This document shows positions 38,355 through 48,602 of a DNA stretch of 64,000 nucleotides, in pieces. The DNA comes from a bacterium (GTDB lineage Bacteria; UBA8248): the NCBI GenBank assembly GCA_965219955.1, contig OZ244799.1, forward strand, positions 3,168,001 through 3,232,000, given 5' to 3'. Position numbers and translations under genes: made by a program. Below the pieces are notes generated by a model. That model was not told the origin of the DNA and did not search any database. It saw only the letters and a list, made by a program, of their open reading frames with translations. How positions within the stretch are numbered: position 1 is the first letter of the stretch; every line of letters starts with the position of its first letter.

Positions 38355-38371
38355 CGCGTCACTCCTTCAGG

Positions 38372-39433
38372 CTAGAGTCTCTTGATGACGTCGGTGGCGA
38401 CGGAGCGCGTCGTCCCGGTTCCGCCCAGGTCCGCCGTCCGGTTGCCCCCGGCCAGATGCGCGCGGACCGCGCCGTCGAGACGCTTCGCCGCGCGCTCCTC
38501 GCCCAGGTAATCGAGCATCAGGGCGGCGGAGATGAGCGCGGCCACCGGGTTGGCGATCCCCTTGCCCATGATGTCGGGGGCGGAGCCGTGCACGGGCTCG
38601 AACAGGCCGGGCGCGTCCCCTTTGGGATTCGTGTTGGCGCTCGCGGCGACCCCCAGCCCGCCGACGATGGCGGCGCCCAGGTCCGTCAGGATGTCGCCGA
38701 AGAGGTTCGTCGAGACCACGACGTCGAAATGCTCGGGCCTCCTCACGAACTCGAGCGCGGCGGCGTCGACGAGATATTTGGCCGTCTCGACTTTCCTGTA
38801 GCGGGGCCTGGCCGCGACTTCCTCGAAAATCTCATCCCACATCACCAGCGTATGGCCCTGCGCGTTCGATTTGGTGACGTTCGTGACGTGCTTTTTCCGC
38901 TTGAGCGACGCCTCGAACGCCGCCTCGATGATGCGCTCACAGCCCATGCGCGTGAAAACCGTTATCTGGGCCGCCATCTGCGACGGATGCCCCTCGTAGT
39001 GCCTGCCGCCGATGGGGCTGTACTCCCCCTCGGTGTTCTCGCGGAAGAAGAGCATGTCGATGTCGCCCGGCTCATAGCCGCGCAGCGGCGATTCCAGCCC
39101 CTCGTACAGGATGATGGGTCGCATGTTGACGTAGAGGTCGAACCCCCTGCGCAGCGGCAGCAGAAGCTGGTTGAGCGTGATGTGGTCGGGAATGTCGGGC
39201 CGGCCCACCGCGCCGAGCAGAATCGCGTCGTGTTTTCTCACGCGGTTCAGGAAATTCTCCGGACACATCCGGCCCGTCTCGTGATAGAAATCGCTCCCCC
39301 AGGGGTATTTCGTGAAAGAAAACTGGAGGCCCCGCTCGCTCTTCGCCAGCGCGCGCAGGACGCGCACCGCCTGGGTAACGACTTCCGGTCCGATGCCGTC
39401 CGCGGGTATCAAACCAATGCTGTGCTTCGCCAT
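38372..39433 (-). CDS. Tartrate/isopropylmalate dehydrogenase family (beta-decarboxylating dehydrogenase)
   Basis: DGIGPEV, RENTEGEY, TKSNA, NLFGDILTDL, FEPVHGSAPDI.GKGIANP. Confidence 0.92.
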   Translation of the reverse strand: MAKHSIGLIPADGIGPEVVTQAVRVLRALAKSERGLQFSFTKYPWGSDFYHETGRMCPENFLNRVRKHDAILLGAVGRPDIPDHITLNQLLLPLRRGFDLYVNMRPIILYEGLESPLRGYEPGDIDMLFFRENTEGEYSPIGGRHYEGHPSQMAAQITVFTRMGCERIIEAAFEASLKRKKHVTNVTKSNAQGHTLVMWDEIFEEVAARPRYRKVETAKYLVDAAALEFVRRPEHFDVVVSTNLFGDILTDLGAAIVGGLGVAASANTNPKGDAPGLFEPVHGSAPDIMGKGIANPVAALISAALMLDYLGEERAAKRLDGAVRAHLAGGNRTADLGGTGTTRSVATDVIKRL

Positions 39434-39494
39434 CGCTTCTCCTTTATCACTCCGTGCGCGGCGGGTGCGTTGATCACATCCACGCCGCGAAGAA

Positions 39495-41093
39495 TTAGAG
39501 TCCCCTTTCGATGAGATACTCCACCGGATTGTAGTCGTCCGTCAAAACCGGGCCGTAGAGGCGCGCGCCAGGCGGCGCCACGCGAGCGCGCGCGGCGAAC
39601 GCGAACCTGGTCTCCCGGCGCATCGCCTCGCTCACGCGGCGGAAGCGGTCCGCATCCTCGTCCCGGAACGCGAAGAACAGAATATTCTGCGCAACATAGG
39701 GATTCGCGGGGTCTGTGCTGTAGATGAATATCTCCGGGAACACGCTTTTCATGGTCCGGTAGACGGATGCGTATATCGCGCCGCCGGGACCGGCGCGGTA
39801 GCCGATCAGGTTCAGCATGAAGGCGCCGCCGGGCGCAAGACGCTCTCGCGCCTCTTCGAAAAACTCCTTCGTGACCAGGTGCGGCGGTATGTTCCGCAAG
39901 CCCCGGTAGGCGTCGCCCACGATGAAATCGTATTTTTCGCCGGATGACCGCAGGATGCGCCTGCCGTCTCCCACCAGGGTCTTGATCTTCGGGAACTTCG
40001 CGAGCCTGAAAAACCTGCGTCCCGCATCGACCACTTCCTCGTCGAGTTCGGCCACTTCGATGGATACCTCCGGCTTCATGAGATGCAGCGCCTTGGGCAT
40101 CGTGAAGGCGCCGCCGCCGATGAAGATCGCGCGCTTCATGTGGGGAACGAACAGCGGCCCGAGTTCCAGGAAGCGGGTGTATTCATAGAAAAACTTCCTG
40201 TCGTCTCCCACCACCATCGCCCCTTCGGGCTGGTGATCCAGATACATCTCGCGCACCCGCGCGCCGTCCGCCTCCTCTCTCTCGAATATGCGGATCATGT
40301 GGTACATGTTCTCGCGCACCCACACCGTATCCTTATCCACGCCGGGGATGACGCCCAGCCACGCGGCGCCCGCCCCCATCGAAGCGAGGAGAAACGCCGC
40401 GAGAAGCAGGTTCGCCCGCGCTTTTCGCTTCGAGAACAAACCGGCGAGGTCGCCGCAGAGGTAGAGCCCCAGCGTCGCCGTGAGCGTAAGCGCCGCCGCC
40501 GTCGTCAGGAAGATGCCGTTCAGGCCGAAAAAGGGAATGAAGACGAAGCCCGTCGCGAACGTGCCGAGGATGCTCCCGATGGTGGACCAGGTGAAGAGGT
40601 TGCCCGTCACCGCTCCGAGGCTCCCCTCTCCTCTTGCGGCGAGCTTCACCGCGAAGGGCGTGAGCGTGGCGAGCACGCAACCCGGAGCGGCGAAGAGCAG
40701 AAGACCGGCGATCACGGGTCCCGATTGCAGGCTCAGGCTCTCTTCCATCGTGGGCAGCAGGAGCCCCCGCAGGGCGGGCACAAGGGCGACCAGGCCCGCG
40801 CCGCCCAGCATGAGGGAGAAAAACAGCCTGCTCGACGGGTTCCTGTCCGCGAGCCTTCCCCCTATGGAATAGCCGAGGCTGAGAGCGGCCAGGATGATGC
40901 CGATCATCGAGGTCCAGGTGTAGAGCGTGTTGCCGAAGTGGGGGGCGAGCACGCGCCCCGCCGCGATCTCCATGACGAGAATCGAGCCGCCGGAGAGAAA
41001 GACCGAGAAATAGAGGTACAGGCCCACCACGCTCTTCCCTGTAACCTGCGGTTCTTTGGCCTGCGGCGTTCGCCTGGGCTGCCTGGCCACCAC
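39495..41093 (-). CDS. Fused membrane (MFS-like)/spermidine synthase-like SAM-binding protein
   Basis: N-terminal TM block (MEI...R.LAPHFG, GG.LADR, STIGSILG); C-terminal IGGGAF, ELD..V, GDGR, DAY, P.HL.T.EF, LTDDYNP. Confidence 0.88.
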   Translation of the reverse strand: MVARQPRRTPQAKEPQVTGKSVVGLYLYFSVFLSGGSILVMEIAAGRVLAPHFGNTLYTWTSMIGIILAALSLGYSIGGRLADRNPSSRLFFSLMLGGAGLVALVPALRGLLLPTMEESLSLQSGPVIAGLLLFAAPGCVLATLTPFAVKLAARGEGSLGAVTGNLFTWSTIGSILGTFATGFVFIPFFGLNGIFLTTAAALTLTATLGLYLCGDLAGLFSKRKARANLLLAAFLLASMGAGAAWLGVIPGVDKDTVWVRENMYHMIRIFEREEADGARVREMYLDHQPEGAMVVGDDRKFFYEYTRFLELGPLFVPHMKRAIFIGGGAFTMPKALHLMKPEVSIEVAELDEEVVDAGRRFFRLAKFPKIKTLVGDGRRILRSSGEKYDFIVGDAYRGLRNIPPHLVTKEFFEEARERLAPGGAFMLNLIGYRAGPGGAIYASVYRTMKSVFPEIFIYSTDPANPYVAQNILFFAFRDEDADRFRRVSEAMRRETRFAFAARARVAPPGARLYGPVLTDDYNPVEYLIERGL

Positions 41094-41273
41094 GCGCTCC
41101 TCGAAAAAAAGAAAACCACACCCTGCAAAAATGAATCCGCACTCTATGGCACTGAAAGGCCTGAGGCAAGCCGGGGTGCGTCTGGATTTTTTCGGGTCGA
41201 TGCCTCATAAATAGAATGAAATTCACCCGGAATCATGCTGCATGGATTTTTCCTCAATAAAGAGAACGACGAG

Positions 41274-41963
41274 TTGACCTCCGACAAGGTGTATCCATCA
41301 TCCAGAGCCGCCATCGCCGACATACCCGACGGCGCCACCATTCTGCTGGGCGGGTTCGGCGGCGCGGGCATCCCGGAAAACCTCCTGGTCGCCATGGCCG
41401 ACCACCCCGCGCGCGACCTGACCGTCGTCACGAACCACGCGGGTTTCGGCGAGCGCGGCCTCGCCGTGCTGCTCAGACAGGGGAAGGTGAAGAAAATCAT
41501 CTGCAGCTACGCCTTCCACAGGAGCGCGTTCGTGTTCAGAGAACTTTATCTCGAGGGGAAAATCGAACTCGAACAACTCCCCCAGGGGACCATGGCCGAG
41601 AGGATCCGCGCGGCGGGCGCAGGCGTTTCCGCCTTCTACACGCCCACCGGCGTCGGCACGCAGGCGGCCGAGGGCAAGGAGACCCGCACGATCAACGGTC
41701 GCGACGTCGTGCTCGAATACCCCCTGCCCGGCGACGTGGCCGTCATCAAGGCGCACCGGGCCGACGCGATGGGGAACCTCACCTACCGGGGCACGGCGGC
41801 GAACTTCAACCCCGTCATGGCGACGGCGGCGCCGCTCACCATCGCCGAAGTGGAGGAAATCGTGGAACCCGGCGTCATCGCGCCCGAGAGCGTGCACACG
41901 CCCTCGATTTACGTGCAAAGAGTCGTCAGAGGAGAAGACCTTGGCCTCCGATCCGAAACTTGA
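41274..41963 (+). CDS. 3-oxoacid CoA-transferase subunit A
   Basis: GGFGGAGIPENL, PQGTMAERIRAAGAG, FYTPTGVGT, AD.MGNL, NFNPVMA; start uncertain. Confidence 0.92.
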   Translation: MTSDKVYPSSRAAIADIPDGATILLGGFGGAGIPENLLVAMADHPARDLTVVTNHAGFGERGLAVLLRQGKVKKIICSYAFHRSAFVFRELYLEGKIELEQLPQGTMAERIRAAGAGVSAFYTPTGVGTQAAEGKETRTINGRDVVLEYPLPGDVAVIKAHRADAMGNLTYRGTAANFNPVMATAAPLTIAEVEEIVEPGVIAPESVHTPSIYVQRVVRGEDLGLRSET

Positions 41964-42636
41964 AAGCTGCGCCCTCAAGCCGGCCGACATCGCCCGGCGC
42001 GTGGCGGCGGAACTGCCAGGCGGCGCGGTGGTGAACTTAGGGATAGGCATCCCCACGCTGGTGGGCAATTACGTGGAAGCCGAACGCGGCGTGTTGTTCA
42101 TGGCGGAAAACGGAATCATCGGCGCAGGCCCCAGGCCGCAGGAGGGCCAGGAGGACAAGGACTACATCAACGCGTCCCGAGAACCCATCACCACCCTTCC
42201 GGGGGCTTCGGTGTTCGGGCACGCCGACGCCTTCGCCATGATACGCGGCGGCCACATCGACATCGCCGTCATGGGCGCGCTGCAGGTTTCCGCCCGTGGC
42301 GACCTCGCCAACTGGACGGTGCCGGGGCTGGGCAAGGGCGGTATCGGCGGCGCGATGGACCTGGCGGCGGGCGCGCGCGAGGTCTACGCCATCATGACCC
42401 ACACCATGAAGGACGGCGGCCTCAAGCTCCTGGAAGATTGCAGCTATCCCCTCACCGCCCGCAGAGTCGTCACCAAGTTGTTCACCGACATCGCGTTCAT
42501 CGAAATGACTCCGGACGGCCCTATCTTGAGGGAAGTGGCGGAAGGCTTAACGGCCGAGGACGTGCAGGCGGTGAGCGAGCCGAAACTCCTCACGAACGGA
42601 ACGCCCGGTGTTCTGCCGCGCGAGGAATCTCCATGA
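41941..42636 (+). CDS. 3-oxoacid CoA-transferase subunit B
   Basis: VNLGIGIPT, AENG (catalytic Glu), FAMIRGGH.D, GDLANW, GGAMDL. Confidence 0.92.
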   Translation: MASDPKLESCALKPADIARRVAAELPGGAVVNLGIGIPTLVGNYVEAERGVLFMAENGIIGAGPRPQEGQEDKDYINASREPITTLPGASVFGHADAFAMIRGGHIDIAVMGALQVSARGDLANWTVPGLGKGGIGGAMDLAAGAREVYAIMTHTMKDGGLKLLEDCSYPLTARRVVTKLFTDIAFIEMTPDGPILREVAEGLTAEDVQAVSEPKLLTNGTPGVLPREESP

Positions 42637-43853
42637 CGCGCGCGGGCAGCGGCTTATCCGCGAATCCCGATTCCGCAGCAGCCGCTCGTGAAACGATTGA
42701 AGAGGCCATGGCGGAGGCTAAGCTCGACGCCGCCTCCCTCGTCTTCCTGTTCGCGACACCCGCACACCTGCAACGATGGCCCGAGGTGGTCGCCGCCGTG
42801 GCGGAGGGAACGGGCGGCGCGCGAATCGTCGGCTGCACCGGCTTCGGCGTCCTGACGGCGCAGGGTGAAATCGAGCGGACGCCTGGAATCTCGGTTCTGG
42901 CGGTGGGCGGCGACGCCCCGCCCGCAGCGCCTTTTCTGGTCGAGGGTCTCGCCGACGCACCGGCGGAATGCGGGCGCGCCATCGGCCGGACGGCGAAAAA
43001 AGAGCTGGCGGACGCGCTCTCGCAGGAGAACCCGCCCCTGGTCGTCATCATGCCCGACAGCTACCACCTCCAGGCCGAAGCGCTCTTCGAGGGGATTCAC
43101 GAGGAACTGGGCGAGGAGGCTATCATCGTGGGGGGCGGCGCCGCTGAGGACGGCTCGGCGGGGAGAACCTTCCAGTTCCTGGACGGGCAGGTGCAGACGG
43201 GCGCCGTCTCGGGCGTCGTGTTCGCGGGCGCGCCGAACCGGTTCATCGGAATATCCCAGGCCTATCTGCCGGTGGGCGAGCCCCGGCTCATCACCCGGGC
43301 GGAGGAGAACGTGGTCTGGGAGATCTCGGGCGAGCGCGCGTATGACGCCTACGCCGAGGCGGCGGGCCCCGAATGGATGGAGAACATCCGCTTCGCCGCC
43401 ATGAACCTGTTCATCGGCATTCCGGGGGACCCGGACAAGGTCACCCTCGACCACGGCGAGTACATCGTGCGGCCCATCGTGGGCGCGGACGAGGAGCGGG
43501 GGGTCATCGCGCTGCCGACGCCGGTCAAGACCGGTCAGGCCATCACCTTCGCCAAGCGCGACGGGTCGCGCGCGCGTGAGGACCTCCGCACCATGCTCGA
43601 AAAAGGAGCGCGCCGTTTCGGCGCTTCAGAGGATGCGGACGCAAGCGCGTTCGGCCTGTATTTCAACTGCGCGGGCCGGGGCAGCTCCCTCTACGGGGAG
43701 ATGGAGGTGGACGCAGGCGCGATACGGGAGAAGATGCGCGGGCTGCCCGTCGCGGGGTTCTTCACGGGTTCCGAGATCGCGCCCATCGGAAAAATCGACC
43801 ATCTCCACCAGTATTCCGGCGTCCTCGTTCTGCTGGGAGAGGACACGGCTTAA
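42633..43853 (+). CDS. FIST N/C domain signal transduction protein
   Basis: VGCTG.GV, GGGA, IT.AE.N...EI.G, YFNCAGRG, GFF..EIAP. Confidence 0.88.
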   Translation: MTRAGSGLSANPDSAAAARETIEEAMAEAKLDAASLVFLFATPAHLQRWPEVVAAVAEGTGGARIVGCTGFGVLTAQGEIERTPGISVLAVGGDAPPAAPFLVEGLADAPAECGRAIGRTAKKELADALSQENPPLVVIMPDSYHLQAEALFEGIHEELGEEAIIVGGGAAEDGSAGRTFQFLDGQVQTGAVSGVVFAGAPNRFIGISQAYLPVGEPRLITRAEENVVWEISGERAYDAYAEAAGPEWMENIRFAAMNLFIGIPGDPDKVTLDHGEYIVRPIVGADEERGVIALPTPVKTGQAITFAKRDGSRAREDLRTMLEKGARRFGASEDADASAFGLYFNCAGRGSSLYGEMEVDAGAIREKMRGLPVAGFFTGSEIAPIGKIDHLHQYSGVLVLLGEDTA

Positions 43854-43887
43854 GGAAAATTTCTCATCAACCACGGGAGTGCGTCTT

Positions 43888-44316
43888 ATGGGATACAGCA
43901 CGGGAAGCATCATCGTCACGACCCTTCATGTACTGAGCGCGATTCTGGCGGTCGGCGGCGTGGCCTTTCTTCGCTTCGTGGTCATACCCACGGCGGCGGA
44001 CCTGCCCGAAGCGGAGCGCGGGCCGTTCATGGCGAAAATCCAGAAACGGTTCATCCCGATTCTCCACGGCTCGTTCCTGATCCTGTTGCTGACGGGGCTT
44101 CATCACATCACCCGCCTCGTGCGGAGCGGCCTCGCGGTTCCGGGGTCGCTGATCGTGAAGATCGTCCTGGCGCTCGTCATCATCTTCGTAGGCGTCGCCC
44201 TCACCATTCCGAGGGGCTTCGGGGGCATGAAGGCGCAGCGCAAGACGTGGCTTCTTTTCAACCTCATCCTCGCCCTCATCGTCGTCTACCTGGGCGTTTC
44301 GTTCACCCACGGGTAA
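43888..44316 (+). CDS. Small 4-TM membrane protein (CopD/DUF2269-like)
   Basis: LHVLSA...VGG, LL.TG, K..LAL pattern with His residues in TM helices. Confidence 0.6.
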   Translation: MGYSTGSIIVTTLHVLSAILAVGGVAFLRFVVIPTAADLPEAERGPFMAKIQKRFIPILHGSFLILLLTGLHHITRLVRSGLAVPGSLIVKIVLALVIIFVGVALTIPRGFGGMKAQRKTWLLFNLILALIVVYLGVSFTHG

Positions 44317-44337
44317 GGCGGGCAAAGGAGAACGCAA

Positions 44338-45342
44338 GTGATGCGGGCGGGCTGGTATGAGAGCAAGGGCGGGGCGCGCGAGGTGGTCGAAGTCGGCGAG
44401 ATGGCGGCGCCCGAACCCGGTCCCGGCGAAATCAGGGTGCGGCTCCATGCGTCGGGCGTGAACCCCACGGACTGCAAGCGCCGCGGGGGACAGGGGTCCG
44501 AGGATTGGGGCTATTTCGAGCATTTTCCTGATTTCCCGAGAATCATCCCCCACAACGACGGCGCGGGCGTCGTGGACAAGCTCGGCCCGGACGCGGGCGG
44601 CCATGAAGCCAGCGACCGCGTATGGGTCTACAACGCGCGCTACAAACGCGCGTTCGGCACCTCGGCGCAGTACGTCTGCCTGCCCGAGAAGTTTCTCGTC
44701 CGCCTGCCCCAAGGAACAACCTTCGCAGAGGGCGCGTGCCTCGGCATTCCCGCCATGACGGCCCACCGGTGCCTGTTCGCGGACGGGACGATCCAAGGCA
44801 AAACGGTGCTCGTGACGGGAGGTGCCGGCCGCGTGGGCGTCTACGCCGTGCAACTGGCGAAATGGGCGGGAGCGGAAGTCATCGCCACGGTGAGCTCAGA
44901 CGCCAAGGCGGCGCGGGCGGAATCCGCCGATCACATCATCAACTACCGAGAAGAGGACGTCTTCGAGAGAGTCATGGAGGTGACGGATGGCGCGGGCGTG
45001 GACCGCGTGGTGGACGTGAACCTGGGCGTGAACTGGGAGACGAACTACAAAATCCTGAAAATCGGCGGCGTCATCACTTCCTATTCCTCCATGGGGGATC
45101 GAACGCCCCCCTTCCCCCACTACGAACTCATGCTGAACAACATCACCATCCGCCTCGTGATGGTCCACTGCTGCCCGCCGGAAGCCCTGCTCCATGCGGC
45201 GGCGGACATCACCCGCGCCCTGGACGCAGGCGCGCTCACCCACCACATCGCGGAGCGTTTCCCGCTCGATGAACTCGCCGGCGCGCACGAGGCCGTGGAA
45301 GCGGGTGAGGCGGTGGGCAACGTGATCGTGGAAATCGACTAG
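44338..45342 (+). CDS. NADPH:quinone reductase (MDR superfamily)
   Basis: SGVNPTD, PHNDGAG, GIPAMTA, GGAGRVG, AHEAVE.G...G. Confidence 0.9.
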   Translation: MMRAGWYESKGGAREVVEVGEMAAPEPGPGEIRVRLHASGVNPTDCKRRGGQGSEDWGYFEHFPDFPRIIPHNDGAGVVDKLGPDAGGHEASDRVWVYNARYKRAFGTSAQYVCLPEKFLVRLPQGTTFAEGACLGIPAMTAHRCLFADGTIQGKTVLVTGGAGRVGVYAVQLAKWAGAEVIATVSSDAKAARAESADHIINYREEDVFERVMEVTDGAGVDRVVDVNLGVNWETNYKILKIGGVITSYSSMGDRTPPFPHYELMLNNITIRLVMVHCCPPEALLHAAADITRALDAGALTHHIAERFPLDELAGAHEAVEAGEAVGNVIVEID

Positions 45343-45365
45343 CTGAAATCAGGCAGAGCCTGGGA

Positions 45366-45937
45366 GGGTTGTTGAAAAACCCCTCGTCGGGGGACATTGC
45401 TTTTAGCGGTATAGCCGCTTTCGCGCGAACCCCCGACCTCCCTCTTTGAAACCAACCCCCCCCTACCCCCCCTTGTCAGGGGGGTATAAAAAGGCGATGC
45501 GCCCCCTCCGGGCCGAGGGGGTTTTGCTTTTTCTTGCCCCCCTGACAAGGGGGGGTAGGGGGGGTTGCTTTTATGGGATTTCGCTTTCAAGGGGGTTGGC
45601 ATTACCCTCTCAAGGGGTTTTTCAACAAGCCCGAGAAAGGAGCGTTTGTATCGAAGGGCGCTCCCCCTTCGAAGGGCTAAGGAAGGACTTCCGATGCGTT
45701 CCGGCGCTCCCTCGATACGGCGCGCAGGCGCGCCTACTCGGGATGAAGGAGATCGGACCCGACCGATGCGGGATTGTTGAAAAACCTTCGTGATGGTTTT
45801 GTAGCAGGACAACCTAAAAGGGTTGTCCTGCCCTCCGTGGTTGTCCTTTGTCAGGACAGGCACGGAGGCCTGTCCCTACGATGAACAATCCGATGATCGG
45901 GATTCTCTCCCCTCAAGGGGGTTTTCAACAACCCCCG
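45366..45937. repeat. Two adjacent shells with a family B doublet (45449-45568), a TATCGAAG-type doublet and GTAG REPs
   Basis: GTTGTTGAAAAA...TTTTCAACAA occurs twice; CCCCCTACCCCCCTTGTCAGGGG and its inverse. Confidence 0.8.
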
Positions 45938-47157
45938 GGAGCAAGGCCGAGCTTCTTGAGTCCCGACTCGAGAGCGTCGAGCGTCCGGTCGATCTGCGCT
46001 TCGGTGTGCGTCGCCATCAGGGTGGCCCGGAGCCTGCTCGTTCCTTCGGGCACCGTGGGCGGGCGGATGGCGAGCAGATATATGCCCGCCTCCATCAGGT
46101 ATTCCGCGAGCGCCAGCGTTTTCTCCGTGTCCCTGATGATGATGGGGAAAATCGGTATCTCGGCCCCCGGCGGCGGATCACCCACGCGAACACCGACGTA
46201 GCGAAGCCCGGCGCGAAAGCGCGCGCACAGGTTCGCCAGATTCTCCCGTCGGCGCTCCCCCTCGGCTCCCAGGGCGACCCGGACGGCTGCGCGGGAGGCG
46301 GCGGCCACGGCGGGCGGGGGACTCGTCGAATAGATATAGGGCCGCGCCTTGTTGATGAGGTAATCCACGACCTCCGATTCCGCGCAGGCGAACGCGCCGT
46401 AAGAGGCGAGCGCCTTGCCCAGCGTGCCCATCGAGACCGAAACGCCGTCTTCCACCCCGAAATACGCGCCGCTCCCCCTGCCGCCCTCGCCGATGACCCC
46501 CGTGCCATGCGCGTCGTCCACCACGAGCATCGCATCGTATTTATCCGCGAGTTCGCAGATTCCGGGCAGAGGCGCCAAATCCCCGTCCATGCTGAACACC
46601 CCGTCCGTCACGATGAGCTTCCGGCGGGCTTGGGAATTCCTGAGAGCGTCTTCCAGGTAATTCACGTTTCGGTGCGGGTAGATGTGCACCTGCGCCCTGG
46701 ATAGCCGGCAGCCGTCCACGATGCTCGCGTGGTTGAGCGCGTCGCTGAAAACGGCGTCGCCCTCGCCCGTCAGCGCCGTGATGAGGCCTAAGTTCGCCAG
46801 AAAGCCCGAGCCGAAGACGAGCGCTGCGTCCTTTCGCTTGAAGGCGGCCAGCGCGCGCGCCAACTCCTCGTGGGCGCTCATGTGGCCCGAGATAAGCGGG
46901 GAGGCCGCCCCGCTCGCGCCCGCGGTTCTGGCCGCCTCGACGGACGCCTCGATGATGGCGGAATAGCCCGCGAGACCCAAGTAGTTGTTGCTCGAAAGAT
47001 TGACGAGGGTCCTCCCGCCATAGCGCATGGTGGGGCCCTGCATCCCCTCGACGATGCGCAACCCCCGGCGCAGGTTGGCTTCGGTGAGTCCGCGCAACTC
47101 GGCGCCCAGCTGCGCCTTCCAGTCCATTTGGCTGCTACTCACGCTTGTCTCATCCAT
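45925..47157 (-). CDS. bioF: 8-amino-7-oxononanoate synthase
   Basis: SSNNYLGL, SGF.AN, DALNHASIVDG, DGVFSMDGD, DDAHG, GTLGKA, IRPPTVP. Confidence 0.95.
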   Translation of the reverse strand: MDETSVSSSQMDWKAQLGAELRGLTEANLRRGLRIVEGMQGPTMRYGGRTLVNLSSNNYLGLAGYSAIIEASVEAARTAGASGAASPLISGHMSAHEELARALAAFKRKDAALVFGSGFLANLGLITALTGEGDAVFSDALNHASIVDGCRLSRAQVHIYPHRNVNYLEDALRNSQARRKLIVTDGVFSMDGDLAPLPGICELADKYDAMLVVDDAHGTGVIGEGGRGSGAYFGVEDGVSVSMGTLGKALASYGAFACAESEVVDYLINKARPYIYSTSPPPAVAAASRAAVRVALGAEGERRRENLANLCARFRAGLRYVGVRVGDPPPGAEIPIFPIIIRDTEKTLALAEYLMEAGIYLLAIRPPTVPEGTSRLRATLMATHTEAQIDRTLDALESGLKKLGLAPGGC

Positions 47158-47287
47158 CCGCTCATTTTAGAGAACGAGAGCGCGCCCGAAAAGCGAGGGA
47201 CGGCGAAACTATTGCGCGCGTGACGCAATGATGTCATTTTCGGGAGACCAAGGCAGTGCGGATTCATCTTTATCCAGGGAGTCTCGC

Positions 47288-47662
47288 TTGAACTGGCTTT
47301 TGGTGGCGGGCGGCGGCGCAATCGGCAGCGCGCTGCGCTACGGACTGGCGCTTTTCGTGCAGCGATCGCTGGGCGCAGGCTGGCCCTTCGGCACCCTGGC
47401 GGCCAACGTCATCGGCTCGTTCATCATCGGGTGCGCCTACGAGTTGCTCGTCGCGAGGGAGGTGTTCAGCGAAGAGGTCCGCCTGTTCACGATGATAGGA
47501 CTGCTCGGCGGGTTCACCACCTTCTCCGCCTTCAGCCTCGAGACCCTCCTCATGTTCCAGGAGGGCGACTGGCTTCTCGCGGCGTTATACGTGGCGCTCT
47601 CCGTCGCCGGGTGTCTCCTCGCCGTATGGGCGGGGTTTCAACTCACCGCCGCGCTGACATAA
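47288..47662 (+). CDS. crcB: Fluoride channel Fluc
   Basis: GGAIGSALRY, P.GTLAANVIG, GLLGGFTTFSAFSLE; TTG start after AGGGAG. Confidence 0.95.
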   Translation: MNWLLVAGGGAIGSALRYGLALFVQRSLGAGWPFGTLAANVIGSFIIGCAYELLVAREVFSEEVRLFTMIGLLGGFTTFSAFSLETLLMFQEGDWLLAALYVALSVAGCLLAVWAGFQLTAALT

Positions 47663-47692
47663 CGCATCCAAAACTTCCCCGGCGAGATTTCC

Positions 47693-48190
47693 TTATCTTC
47701 TGGTCGGGCAGACGGCCTTGTTGCGATTGTCATGCCACGGATCGTACCAGAGCACCTCAAACATCTGACCGGCTCTGATTCCATACAGCCTTTCCCTGGA
47801 ATTGATCCGCAATGACACGATTGTCTCGATGTCGTCTTCTTCGATGTCTTTGAGTCTTTTCTTTGCGGTCGAGGAAAGTTTCGAAACGAGGATCGGATGA
47901 TGGTTGGTGCCTCGCCTTCTGCCGCCGCTCGCCCGATACAACTCGGCCCAGGTCATGGTTTCCCAGTTTGAAATTGTTTCGTCGACGAGCCGCCTGAAAT
48001 CGATATTCCTGCAAGCCCTCATGCCCCACGGACCATCCCAGTCGATCTTGCCCACGTGCCAGCAAATCACCAAATGATCGTGAGATTCGCTTATTTCCTG
48101 ACGAACTTCCTTGATGGATTCCCTGCTTGAGGGACTGGATTGTTGGGGAATTGTTTTTCGCCGCCTACCCCTATTCCTGGAGGGAGCCAT
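47693..48190 (-). CDS. Putative toxin partner of the Panacea antitoxin (hypothetical protein)
   Basis: Overlaps the end of the antitoxin gene; basic protein ending SLRI...RLYG....FEVLWYDP.H..VCP, reminiscent of RelE-like folds. Confidence 0.55.
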   Translation of the reverse strand: MAPSRNRGRRRKTIPQQSSPSSRESIKEVRQEISESHDHLVICWHVGKIDWDGPWGMRACRNIDFRRLVDETISNWETMTWAELYRASGGRRRGTNHHPILVSKLSSTAKKRLKDIEEDDIETIVSLRINSRERLYGIRAGQMFEVLWYDPWHDNRNKAVCPTRR

Positions 48191-48602
48191 AATATTCCGC
48201 CAGTGATTCATGTGAAATAACCTGATTGCCTCTTTCTCTGGTCGGAATACCCTTCCTTGCGTTCATCCATGGGGGTTCGGAATGCGTGAGATCGCTCAGT
48301 TGCTGACCGCTGTATTCCCCGTAATGAGCCACCACGACATCAACGGTTTCACACTCGCTCTCGGACAATGCGTCGGCATTCGACCGGACCGTAGAGACAT
48401 GGAAAAACCCTTGATGCCTCTTGTATAAATCGGGACACACCGGACCATTCGCCCACGCCTGAATCTCTTCGGGGAACAAAGGCTCTTCATCCCAAACGAG
48501 ATGCCAAACCTGCGCGTAGTAAACGAGCTTTTGAAGTTTCCACGTCGTGATCCTGCCGGTTTTCGATAGAATATATTCCGCGACATCATAAACCGACGTC
48601 AT
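48171..48602 (-). CDS. Panacea/SocA (DUF4065) antitoxin
   Basis: DVAEYIL, KLQKLVYYAQ, LF.E.IQAW.NGPV...LY, L...TH.E.PW. Confidence 0.9.
   Translation of the reverse strand: MTSVYDVAEYILSKTGRITTWKLQKLVYYAQVWHLVWDEEPLFPEEIQAWANGPVCPDLYKRHQGFFHVSTVRSNADALSESECETVDVVVAHYGEYSGQQLSDLTHSEPPWMNARKGIPTRERGNQVISHESLAEYYGSLQE

Noticed and set aside
47158-47287. Fluoride riboswitch upstream of crcB
   Set aside because: I could not find the GGCGAUG...UGAUG..CC pseudoknot core; an Infernal search with the crcB model would settle it.
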